DNA of 64,000 nt from assembly GCA_026914245.1 (NCBI GenBank), contig CP110440.1:2108001-2172000 (forward strand). Reading direction: 5' to 3'. How positions within the stretch are numbered: the first letter of the stretch is position 1; each line of letters opens with the position of its first letter. The position numbers and the translations under genes are program-made. Source of the stretch: Puccinia triticina. Taxonomy: Eukaryota. Shown here in pieces: positions 26,236-37,621 of the stretch. The notes beneath the pieces were generated by a model that had not been told where the DNA came from, searched no databases, and saw nothing but the letters and a program-made list of their open reading frames with translations.

Positions 26236-27790
26236 TCATGAAAAAACATGCAGCCTACTGAGGATCTTTTTCCTTTGAAGGGATTTTGCTCCCAGCATCT
26301 CATCTCCCCGAGTATCTGGCCGGCCCATGATCTTTATCAAAAGACCCTTGACCTCTTCTTGAAGGAGTCCTATGAGAGCCTGAGAAGTTGTTATAGTCTT
26401 CTTCAAAACGATCTCAGTTTCTTTTGCTGTAGCCGTCATCTTGCACGTAATTGCTGTAGCCCCCTGAGTCCAAATGCCTTTGATCTCCTCCATAACAATC
26501 CCCAAAACCGCGTCCACAAAAACCTCCGCGACCCCGACTGGAATTTTGTTATTTCTTCTTTCCGAAGAATCTTCATTTGGCCTAGTCTTAGATTCCTTAG
26601 GTCTGCCGGTTTTCGGATTGTATCAAAACTTCTTCCCTCCATAAGCATAAGGGTTATCTGTCCAGTCGAATTCATCTAGATCTTTTGTCACATTGTACGC
26701 CCTGAGTCAAACATCTTCTCTGAAAATAGAGATATCGACAGCTGACACTACCCCTTCTTCCACCGGTACTTGATATGAAAACGTGTTCTGCCTAACTATC
26801 ATATCGTACCAAAAGCCTGTCAAGAATTTATGATTTTCTATTATATAGTCCACATTAACTTTGTGTTGAAGAATCCATTCCATGAATTCTGGGAAGTTAT
26901 AGAAATCTTTGTAAGTCCTATAGAAATTTCTGTGATTAGACGTCCATTTGGCAAAAGTCTGAGTCCACTCATTCGGATATTCACAGCCGGTATAGTTGCC
27001 ATCCTTCTTGTCAGATTGGGACTGCTTATTTGTGTGAGCTTGTATTGCATCTTCCTGCCAATCTTTGTCAAAGATGGTTAATGGGAGTGGACCCCTAAAT
27101 TCTCTTATGTTCTTGTCAAAATAACGGGTGAATACCACATCAAAATGCTTCGGAAGCGAACCTTTGATGAAAAATATTGTTGTTTTGTCGCCCGGGCGCT
27201 TGGCGATATTGGAGGAGGAATTATTGCCATCTGCCAATCTTGACCTCACTATTTCGGGTTTAAGCACATTGCAGTGATTTCCCGCAACTTCTCCCAACAA
27301 TTTACCCGCTGCGCTTCGCTAAAAAATGTCTTGCTGGATCAAAAGAAGTACTCGACATCTTATCATACATTCTGTAGAAAAAATCAGCACTTTGCTTATT
27401 GCCATTTGCTACTGCTTCTGAGACCTTATTCCACATCATTTCTTTGTCCGATTTCATCTTATTTGAAGAAATAGGTACCGGATCAGTCAAATCTTCTTTG
27501 GGATTATCAACCGAGATTGACGGGATTGTAGGAGCACCTCCCAATGGCCCCACTCAATTTGTTCTCCTCTTCCGATGACAACAACGGCCTTCTGCTCCGT
27601 CAAGCCTCCTCCTTCTCCCTCCCAGTGTCGCCAGCTCGAAAAATGGCCTCAAGGCTCGCCGCGGGCTTACCAAGCCCCTCTCACTATCCCTCGCCGTCCC
27701 CCAAGCCAACAAAAACAACAGCAACCATCATAACCATTAGCAGCAGTAACAGTCCAACATTGCCCAAGCCCTGGTCACCCCTCATAGAAT
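26236..27790 (-). pseudogene. DIRS/Ngaro-like retroelement 2: gag-like ORF, disrupted
   Basis: YPNEWTQTFAKWTSNHRNFY is homologous to YPSEWTQTHSNWTNNHHNFY at 63202-63966; lies upstream of pol. Confidence 0.8.
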
Positions 27791-28794
27791 GACACAAGCC
27801 AAGCACCAGCAGCAAAATATACTCCAAGAACTGCCTTCTTTCACTCGCTGCCCCCCTCGCCTTGGCTCGGAGACCTCGGCCAAGCCTGTGCCCAGTTCGT
27901 AGGCATCAAGGCCAACATCACCGGCGGGCTGTCAATGAAGCGATACACCTTGATCCCCTGGCTTTTGCGGGGCGGGATCAGCTGAACGGACACTTTGAGG
28001 CGGTACAACCCCGTCCGCCTGATTGGCGGGAATAACAAGTGTCATCAACACCCCTGTCCAGCTGCACTTTGACACGGTGACTGCGGGCGAAGGCTGTCAG
28101 GAACTGATGAGCTTGCAAGCGGGATTCAACCCCTATTCTTGCCAATAGTTTTTGGTATTAATTGATATCTATTGCATATATCTCTGCTTTTGATTCATAA
28201 TTTGTTTCCAAATTTTGTGGTATTGATACATCTGATCATAAACATATGAATTTCTTCTTGGCTTTTTATAATGTTGCACTGTTTATTGTGTGGAAAGATT
28301 TAATATTTGCAACTTAGATAACTTCCAAATATTATACCATTAAAGATTAAGCAGCATGTTTATTGACAACACTCCAATAACTCAGAGTATGGAATAAAAT
28401 TTTGGGTGAGGTAAGTTTGTAAAATCTAAATACCATATGAGGAGTGTTTTGATGTAACTCCTATTCCATGAGATGTGATGAAGAAGGCTTGGATAGCAAG
28501 GGGGGTCAAACATGCCAAATTGGGGGGGTGAAATGTTTGCTTGTTTACTCTGTTGCTGTAAGGCCAAGTTTTAAAATCTCAAGAGCAATGATTTAAATGA
28601 ATGGATTCAAGTCTCCTGAATTTTGAAACACCCATTCCCTGCTTGCCCTGATTCAGGGGGAATTGCTGTTGACTTGTGCTGGGAAAGGCCAGTGGGGGGG
28701 AGGAATATCAGTGGATGGTGACCCAACTATTGAAGGGCTAATGAGGTGACTTAGGGAGCTTTTTGTCAGGAAAGAAGGATGGATTGGTGCCCTG

Positions 28795-28822
28795 CAGCGG
28801 CGGAGCCGCCTTGGCCTCTAGT
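28795..28822 (+). mobile_element. Helitron 3' terminus
   Basis: Hairpin gcggc-gga-gccgc, 8 nt, then CTAG followed by T. Confidence 0.65.
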
Positions 28823-28861
28823 TGGTTATACAAATTTCACGTGTGGGAGTAAGGGAAGTTG

Positions 28862-29367
28862 TGTAATATTGTACAAATAAAATACCCATAACCAAGGCAG
28901 ATTACACGTCTACTCTTGGCATTTACCCATAGCCAAAACCAATGGGAATATTTCAGCGCCCTCAAAGACCTCTCCAGTATTTAAGGAGGTAATTGATGAA
29001 CTGGAATTGTCCCCCCAGACATTTCACCACCCAGTAACCTGTAAGTTAACTCGTGAAAATTCTCCTCTGGCTTATTAAAGCCCCCACTTCCTTTATTTCT
29101 GCCCCTTTGGCACAAAAGTTACTAGATCTTAACCCTAAAATTGACAATATCCCTTATAAGCATTTATTACTGTTAAATCTTTATAAATTTTTGCTGTAAG
29201 ACTTCTGCCTCTGACGCGCAGCCAATCAGTTTAAGCGCTTACCAGCTATTTCTCTGTCAAAAACCTTATATATCCCTGTTCTTAATAAGTAAACCTTATT
29301 AATTACAAATATCCTCCTCTTACATAAGAGTGTTTAAACCCTTGTAGTGGCTAAATACCACGTAACA
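28862..29367. mobile_element. Probable solo LTR
   Basis: tgtaa...gtaaca ends; near-TSD agttg/agttt. Confidence 0.5.
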
Positions 29368-29727
29368 AGTTTGGCATATTATTGCCAGTGTTTTATTTCA
29401 GTACAGTTATAGTACTAGGGCAAAAAACCCGTAATTTTAACGGTTTTTTACCCTAAGTTTCATAGACATAGCTGACAGAATTCTTCTGCCATACAGCAAT
29501 CCAATTGCTGACAAGCCCCCAAAGTTCCATTATGTACCTTTACTGACCACAAAACCCCCAAATGCAGCAGCTACAGTCTGATCAGTTCCCAAATATCACT
29601 ACTTTGGTAGTTTCTTGGTTGTTCTACCACTATATCTCATTGCAGCTTGGGAATTCTTCTGCCAGACAGTGACCAAAATGTATACAAGCCCCCAAAGTTT
29701 CATTATGTACCTTTACTGACCACAAAA

Positions 29728-31065
29728 AAACAGGAAAAAAAAGTAGTCACTTGATGGCAAGTGTCATGAAAAAGCTTTGTTTTCAGCTCCAACACTGCTC
29801 CAATGCTGCTCCTCTCCAACAGCACATCTAGGGCTTGCATGACAGGTGTCAGGATCAAAGCACTCAATGTGACAAAACCAGATGATGCTCAGCTTTGGCC
29901 CTGGCCCAGCTGATGCTCAGCTTTTACCCTGGCTCAGCTGATGCTCAGTTTTTGCCCTGGCCCAGCTGATGCTCAGCTTTGGAACCGGCCACCTGATGAT
30001 CATCTTTGAACCTGGCACAGTTGATGCTCAGCATTGGACGTGGCTGAGCTGATGCTCAGCTTTGGCCCTAGCCTAGCTTATTTTCAGCTCTGGTCCTGTC
30101 CAAGCTAATTCCCATGTTTTTTCCTGGCCGGGCTCAGCTGACACTCAGCAAGCTGAGAATCAGCTGTTGATGTACCTTTACTGACCACAAAAAAACAGGA
30201 AAAAAAAGTAGTCACTTGATGGCAAGTGTCATGACAAAGCTTTGTTTTCAGCTCCAACACTGCTCCAATGCTGCTCCTCTCCAACAGCACATCTAGGGCT
30301 TGCATGACAGGTGTCAGGATCAAAGCACTCAATGTGACAAAACCAGATGATGCTCAGCTTTGGCCCTGGCCCAGCTGATGCTCAGCTTTTACCCTGGCTC
30401 AGCTGATGCTCAGTTTTTGCCCTGGCCCAGCTGATGCTCAGCTTTGGCACCGGCCACCTGATGATCATCTTTGACCCTGGCACAGCTGATGCTCAGCCTT
30501 GGACGTGGCTCAGCTGATGCTCAGCTTTGGCCCTAGCCTAGCTGATTTTCAGCCCTGGTCCTGTCCAAGCTAATTCTCATGTTTTTCCCTGGCCTTGCTC
30601 AGCTGACACTTTCCAAGCTGAGCATCAGCTGGCCAGCTGGCCCAGGACTGGATCAAAGCTGAGCATCAGCTGGAACAGAACTACAAAAAGGCTGAGCAAA
30701 GACTGGTACAAAGCTGAGAATCAGCTGTGCCAGGACTAGTACAAAGCTGAGCATCAGCTGGGCAAGGACTGGTAAAAATTTTTTATTCCAATTCTGAGAG
30801 TGAGCTGCGTGAAAAAACTGAGGATGAGCTGCGCAAAAAAGCTGAGTAGGAGCTGGGTACAAAAGCTGAGTATCAGCTGGACAGAACTGAGGATCAGTTG
30901 GGCTCATAAAAAACTGAACAGGACCTCCTTGGTAAATTTTGGAAGTTGAGGAGACAGTTGGGAGATTGGGGCAGATAGTGGATAGATATTGGATAGATGT
31001 TGGGTGGCTGGCTGGAGCTGGTGTGATGTCACTTGTCATAAACTAACTATGTTATTTTCCTGGTG
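29728..31065. mobile_element. CACC-family element with an internal duplication of about 465 bp
   Basis: Right end ttttcctggtg; left end decayed (aaacaggaaaa); aaa TSD; cagctgatgctcagc repeats. Confidence 0.8.
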
Positions 31066-32587
31066 AAACCCCCAAATGCAGCAGCTACAGTCTGATCAGT
31101 TCCCAAATATCCCGACTTTGGTAGTTTCTTGGTGTTTCTGCCACTATATCTCATCCCAGCATGGGAATTCTTCTGCCATATGGTTATCAAATCTCTGAAA
31201 GGCCCCGAAAGTTTCATTAAGTACCTTTACTGACCACAAAATCCCCAAATGCAGCAGCTAAAGTCTGATCAGTTCCCAAATATCACTACTTTGGTAGTTT
31301 CTTGGTGTTTCTGCCACTATATCTCATCCCAGTGTGGGAATTCTTGTGCCAGATGGTTACAAAAATGTTTACAAGCCCTCAAATATTCATTATGTACCTT
31401 TACTGACCACTAAACCACCAAATGTAGCAGCTACAGTCTGATCAGTTTCCAAACATCACTACTTTTGTAGTTTCTTGGTGTTTCTGCCACTATATCTCAT
31501 CCCAGCGTGGGAATTCACCTGTCATATGGTTACCAAAATGTTAGAGAGCCCCAAAAGTTTTATAATGTACCTTTGATGACCCCAAAACCCCCAAATGTAG
31601 CAGCTGCAGTCTGATCAGTTCCCAAATATCACTACTTTGGTAGTTTCTTGGTGTTTCTGCCACTATAACTCATCCCAGCATGGGGATTCGTCTACCATAT
31701 GGTTACCAAAATGTTTACAAGCCCCCAAAAATTGATTATGTACCTTTACTGACCACAAAACCCCCAAATGTAGCAGCTACAGTCTGACCAGTTTCCAAAC
31801 ATCACTACTTTGGTAGTTTCTTGGTGTTTCTGCCACTATATCTCATCCCAGTGTGAGAATTCTTCTGCCATATGGTTACCAAAATGTTTAAGAGCCCCAA
31901 AAATTTCATTATGTACCTTTACTGACCACCAAACCCCCAAATGTAGCAGCTACAGTCTGATCAGTTTCCAAATATCACTACTTTGGTAGTTTCTTGGTGT
32001 TTCTACCACTATATCTCATGCCAGGGTGGGAACTCTTCTGCCATATGGTTACCAAAATGTTGAAAAGGCCGCAAAGTTTCATTATGTACCTTTACTGACC
32101 ACAAAACCCCAAATGTAGCAGCTACAGTCTGATCAGTTTCCAAATATCTCTAGTTTGGTAGTTTCTTGGTGTTTCTGCCACTATTTCTCATTGCGGGGGG
32201 GAATTCTTCTGCCATATGGTTGCCAAAATATATAACAGCCCAACCATTGGGGAGAATGATTCCCACACTGGGATGAGATATAGTGGCAGAAACACCCAAA
32301 AAACTACCAAAGTAGTGATATTTGGGAACTGATCAGACTGCAGCTGCTATATTGTGGGTTTTCGGGTCAGTAAAGGTACATAATGAAACTCTTGGGGCTT
32401 TTCAACATTTTGGTAACAATATGGCAGAAGAATTTCCACCTTGGGATGAGATATAGTGGTAGAAACACCAAGAAACTACCAAAGTAGTGATATTTGGGAA
32501 CTGATCAGACTTTACCTGCTAAATTTGGGGGTTTTGTGGTCAGGAAAGGTACATAATAAATCTTCTGGGGCCTTTTGAACATTTTGG

Positions 32588-33007
32588 CAGCGGTGGGCAG
32601 ATACGTTATCCAGAATTCCACATATTTTTGTTGTAAATTCAAATTTTGCACACAACGGTTCAACTTATCAGCAAGATTTAAACATCAGGGCTGTTTATTC
32701 CCAGTATCTTTAATTTGTGCAAAAAAAATCCCATGATTGTTGAGTAATTTTCTTTCAATCACTGATTATACACCAAATTTTCAGTTATCTGTAACTTAGT
32801 TACAGATAACGGAAAATTTGTTGTGTCATTGATGATTAGAAGAAAATTAATCAGTAAACATGGAATATAACTTTTTGCAAATGAAAGATACTGGGAATAC
32901 AAAGCCCTAACTTTTAACTCTTGCTGATAAATTGAACTGTTGTGTGCAAAATTTGAATTTACAACAAAAAAAAGCGGAATTCTGGATAATGTATCTGCCC
33001 ACTGCTG
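32588..33007. mobile_element. Long-TIR MITE with a 7-bp TSD
   Basis: cagcggtgggcagatac...gtatctgcccactgctg; attttgg on both sides; removal restores the 173-bp unit. Confidence 0.85.
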
Positions 33008-33638
33008 ATTTTGGTAACCATATGGCAGAAGAATTCCCATGCTGGGATGAGTTATAGTGGCAGAAACACCATGAAACTACCAAAGTAGTGATATTTGGGA
33101 ACTGATCAGACTGTAGCTGCTACATTTGGGGGTTTTGGGGTCAGTAAATGTTCATAATAAAACTATTGGGGCTCCTTAACATTTTGGTAACCATATGGCA
33201 GATGAATTCCCACGCTGGGATGAGATATAGTGGCAGAAACACCAAGAAACTACCAAAGTAGTGATGTTTGGAAACTGATCAGACTGTAGCTGCTACATTT
33301 GGTGGTTTAGTGGTCAGTAAAGGTACATAATGAAACTTTGGGGGCTTTCCAAAATTTTGGTAACCATATGGCAGAAGAATTCCCACGCTGGGATGAGATA
33401 TAGTGGCTGAAACACCAAGAAACTACCAAAGTAGTGATATTTGGCAACTGATCAGATTGTAGCTGCTGCATAATGGATGTGACCCCAAACACAATATATC
33501 TGGGTTGTATATGCAGATAAATTGTCTGATAAAATCCCATGTGGAAATATTCCTCATCAATCTGTGGTTGATAACAAAAGTAGATAAAAAACGGAACCTG
33601 AAAAAAATATGCTAAATCATGGTAAACCAATTTTAAAA

Positions 33639-34623
33639 GGGTCAATCTAAATGCACACCAAAAAAGTGGCGTGCACGCCTGCACGCCAAAATAAATGGCG
33701 TACAGGAGCAGTGCACGCCATTTGTTTGGCGTGCGTAGCCCTGCACGCCAAAAATACTCCTTTTTGGAAGAATTTTGGCGTGCACAAACCCTGTACGCCA
33801 TTTTTTTTGGCGTACAGGCGTTGCACACCACTTTTTTGGCGTGCATATAGTAAAAAGTTGGCGTGCACCGTTTTACATGCAGTTTTTTTGGGGGCACAGT
33901 TGGCCACTGCGCCCCAACAGCATGATGAATAGTGCCTCCGCCACTATGAATAGTGCCAGGATGAATAGTTTTCATATTGGCCGAGCTTGGCAGAGTCACT
34001 ATTTACAGTGGCGGGGCTTGGCGGAGGCACTATTCATAGTGGTGGAGCTTGGCAGAGGCACTATTCATAGTGGTGGAGCTTGGCAGAGGCACTATTCATA
34101 GTGGTGGAGCTTGGCGGAGGCACTATTCATAGTGGCGGAGCTTGGCGGAGGTACTATTCATAGTGGCGGAGCTTGGCAGAGGCACCATTCATAGTGCGGA
34201 GCTTGGTGGAGGCACTGTTCATAGTGCAGAGCTTGGCGCGGGCACTATTCATAGCGCGGAGCTTGGCGGAGGCACTATGAATAGTACATGAAATATTTCA
34301 TTGGGCCGCAGTGGTCACACCCTATTTTTTTGTGTGCAACTGTTCCCGCCAAAAAAATTACATTCAACATGGTGCACGCCACTTTTTGACTAGATGCACG
34401 CCAAAAAAGTGGCGTGCAAAGCCTGTACGCCAAAAAAAATGGCGTGGAGGGTTTGTGCACGCCAAAATTCTTCCAAAAAAGAGTATATTTGGCGTGCAGG
34501 GCTACGCACGCCAAACAAATGGCGTGCACTGCTCCTGTACGCCATTTATTTTGGCGTACAGGCGTGCACGCCACTTTTTTGGCGTGCATCTAGTCAAAAA
34601 TTGGCGTGCATTTAGATTGACCC
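33639..34623. mobile_element. Non-autonomous Mutator/MULE-like element with a central array of about 30-bp repeats
   Basis: TIRs over 250 bp starting gggtcaatctaaatgcac; 9-bp TSD attttaaaa. Confidence 0.9.
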
Positions 34624-34827
34624 ATTTTAAAAAGGCCTTCTCTGCATTATGATGTGCAATATCTTCAGGAAGTTCAACCAACTAAATTAACAATGTGTGC
34701 ATGATGGTATCATGAGAGAGGTCAAGGGTCAATGTTTTTCCTTTTTTGAAAAAAAGTAGATTTGGAGACTTCCAATAACATCAATTGTTGAAGTAAAAAA
34801 AAAAGAAAAAAAAATAATTGAGACCCC

Positions 34828-36036
34828 CACCAGGAAAATAAAATAGTCAGTTGATGACAAGTGACATCACACCAGCTCCAGTCAGCTACCCAACATCTAT
34901 CCAATATCTATCCACTATCTACTGCAATCTCCCAACTGTCTCCTCAACTTCCAAAATTTACCAAGGAGGTCCTGTTCAGTTTTTGATGAGCCCAAATGAT
35001 CATCAGTTCTGTCCAACTGATACTCAGCTTTGGTACCCAGCTCATACTCAGCTTTTTTGCTCAGCTCATACTCTCACTCTCAGAATTGGAATAAAACATT
35101 CTTACCAGTCCTTTCCCAGCTGATGCTCAGCTTTTTACTAGTCCTGGTACAGCTGATGCTCAGCTTTGTACCAGTCCTTGCTCAGCCCGTTCCTAGTTCT
35201 GTCTCAGCTGATGATCAGCTTTGATCCAGTACTGGGCCAGCTGGCCAGCTGATGTTGAGTATTATACTCAGGTTTTGTTTCTTTTTGTATGCTTCTCACA
35301 TGTCACTCTCATTTATTCATTTCACAGCTCTGTTACATGTTGTATGTAGACTACCTGAGGCAGCAGGCGTAGAAGGACTCCTTTCCTCATCCTTCCACGA
35401 ACCTCAAACACCGCCCCGCATTGTGCCTGCTGTTCTCAGGTAGGTTATAGTTTGTTCATTCTTTCTTCTCTTTTCCTCTTCTTCTTTTCATTCTTCTATA
35501 TTGATGTTCTAGTCTAACATGCAATCTATCATCCTTCCACGAACCTCGAACACCGCCATGCATCGTGCCTGCTGTTCTCAGCCCTGATCATCTCAACAGC
35601 TGATTCTCAGCTTGCTGAGTGTCAGCTGAGCCCGGCCAGGAAAAAACATGGGAATTAGCTTGGACAGGACCAGAGCTGAAAATAAGCTAGGCTAGGGCCA
35701 AAGCTGAGCATCAGCTCAGCCACGTCCAATGCTGAGCATCAACTGTGCCAGGTTCAAAGATGATCATCAGGTGGCCGGTTCCAAAGCTGAGCATCAGCTG
35801 GGCCAGGGCAAAAACTGAGCATCAGCTGAGCCAGGGTAAAAGCTGAGCATCAGCTGGGCCAAAGCAAAAGCTGAGCATCATCTGGTTTTTTTCACATTGA
35901 GTGCTTTGATCCTGACACCTGTCATGCACGCCCTGGATGTGCTGTTGGAGAGGAGTAGCATTGGAGAAGTTTTGGAGCTGAAAACAAAGCTGTGTCATGA
36001 CACTTGCCATCAAGTGACTGCTTTTTTGTCCTGCTG
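34828..36036. mobile_element. CACC-family element, inverted relative to 29728-31065
   Basis: caccaggaaaa...tcctgctg; 3-bp TSD ccc. Confidence 0.85.
35253..35598 (+). mobile_element. Solo LTR (346 bp) with an internal 53-bp duplication and a predicted intron
   Basis: tgttgag...ctcaaca ends; 5-bp TSD gctga. Confidence 0.9.
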
Positions 36037-36259
36037 CCCTCAGCCACCCTGGATTAATCCTAAAACTCGCAATGTCTTTTTTTCATGAAGAATTGAATGG
36101 TCTATGTAAAAATTTATGAATGTTATCAGACAAAAAAAAAAAAAAGATTCCTGTGGCTTGAAGCTAACACAGGGGGAAGGAGAGCGATTATAGAAGAGTA
36201 TTAAAGAGAAATGGAACACAGACAAAGGTATCAAGAGGAATATATAAAAAAATGATCGA

Positions 36260-36378
36260 TATACGCTATATTGATCAATATACGCTATATTGATCAATAT
36301 ACGCTATATTGATCAATATACGCTATATTGATCAATATACGCTATATTGATCAATATACGCTATATTGATCAATATAC
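36260..36378. repeat. 19-bp minisatellite containing the palindrome tatattgatcaatata
   Basis: About 6 tandem units. Confidence 0.92.
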
Positions 36379-37377
36379 AACATCACAAATTCATCCATCT
36401 TGGTAGTGAAAAATGGGGAACTAATACCGGCAAGAATAAAGCTGTGATATTGTAATGTGGGGTATCTGTCAGGCCAAATGAGAGAGCTGTGGTAGTTGGT
36501 TAGAGGTTTATGGATGTTCGGAGGTAAAAATCAATGTGCGGTGAGTCTGGGAGGACGGGAGAATGTGAAGAATGGCGTGCAATTTGTGGGAGTGGTTGAG
36601 CGGGCAAATGGGCGTGCAATTTGTGGCTGGTTTGGTTTAAGGCACGACAGGCTGGGTGGGTGTATGGGCGGTTGCAAGGGGAAATGGCAGGCGGCGACAC
36701 ACCTTTGTGATGAGGTGGAGGGAGTGGGTAGTTGTGGACGGTTGGCATGCATTTGTCAAGGAGGGGTCCAAACGGGGAGCAGTTTCATGGTGTTAACGGT
36801 GGTTGTGTCCCTGCGCTCCTGGGGGAGTTGCGTGGTGAGGGTTACGGCAGGAGCGTGAGGAGCGTGGGATGACATTGTTGCTTGGTGTGCGCAACAAGGG
36901 GAAAAATGGCGAGGCAAATGGAACACAGCTTGGGGCGCGGCCGAAATGGCAGTGTTTTTTTGAGGTGAAAACAGCTATTTAAGGGGAGGTGGTGTAGGGG
37001 AAAACGCCAGGGGATCCGGTTTTGTCCTACCCCCTCCCTGGCGCCACCAAATTTCTTGATTTGGCGCGCCTGGACTCTATCAACCACCGGCCCTCTTTCG
37101 CTTGTTGCTGCAGCACAGCTGGAGGGTCATCCATAGGGCCCCCGGGCTTTTGGGGATATTCCAACTTGTGTAGAGAGGATAGTTTAAAATCCAATTTGTC
37201 AATGGTTTTGGCCCCTTTTATGTGGTTGTGGCGCGTTTTTTGAGGAAATGTCAGGCCAAAACTTACATCTGCCAATCTGTGATTGTGTGGATTGAAGAAA
37301 GTGGGATTACAATTCAATAGGAATTTTTGAGATATTTTTTTTTTGATCCTGTTCCTTAATGATAAGGCTGAGACAAG

Positions 37378-37438
37378 CAGCAGCGCAGCCGCCCTAAGAC
37401 TCTAGTACTGCTAGAGGCCAGGGTGGCTTCAAGCCACC
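37378..37438. mobile_element. Two opposed Helitron-like 3' termini
   Basis: Plus strand: gcagcgcagccgc...ctctag-t; minus strand: ggtggcttgaagccacc-ctggcctctag. Confidence 0.55.
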
Positions 37439-37621
37439 TTAAACTTCAGTTAGAACATAAGGATTGATTGATTGAAATACTTGTATCCTTTCACCACACA
37501 CTAAAATCCACATCTTTTTGTGTTTCTAAGCAATTTTATTGATCCAGAGGATGCTCATAGAGACACAAAAACTTTTGAAATTTAAACAGAGATTTATATC
37601 TACATGTTGGAACACTATGAT

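Larger units (their letters stand above)
29477..33470. repeat. Array of about 173-bp units that inverts orientation near 32250
   Basis: gaattc anchor recurs at 31165, 31338 and 31511; reverse-complement units from 32256 to 33470. Confidence 0.92.

Noticed and set aside
28095..28135. Hammerhead ribozyme (ctgatga-gcttgcaagc)
   Set aside because: The required GAAA after stem II is missing (gggatt) and stems I and III were not found
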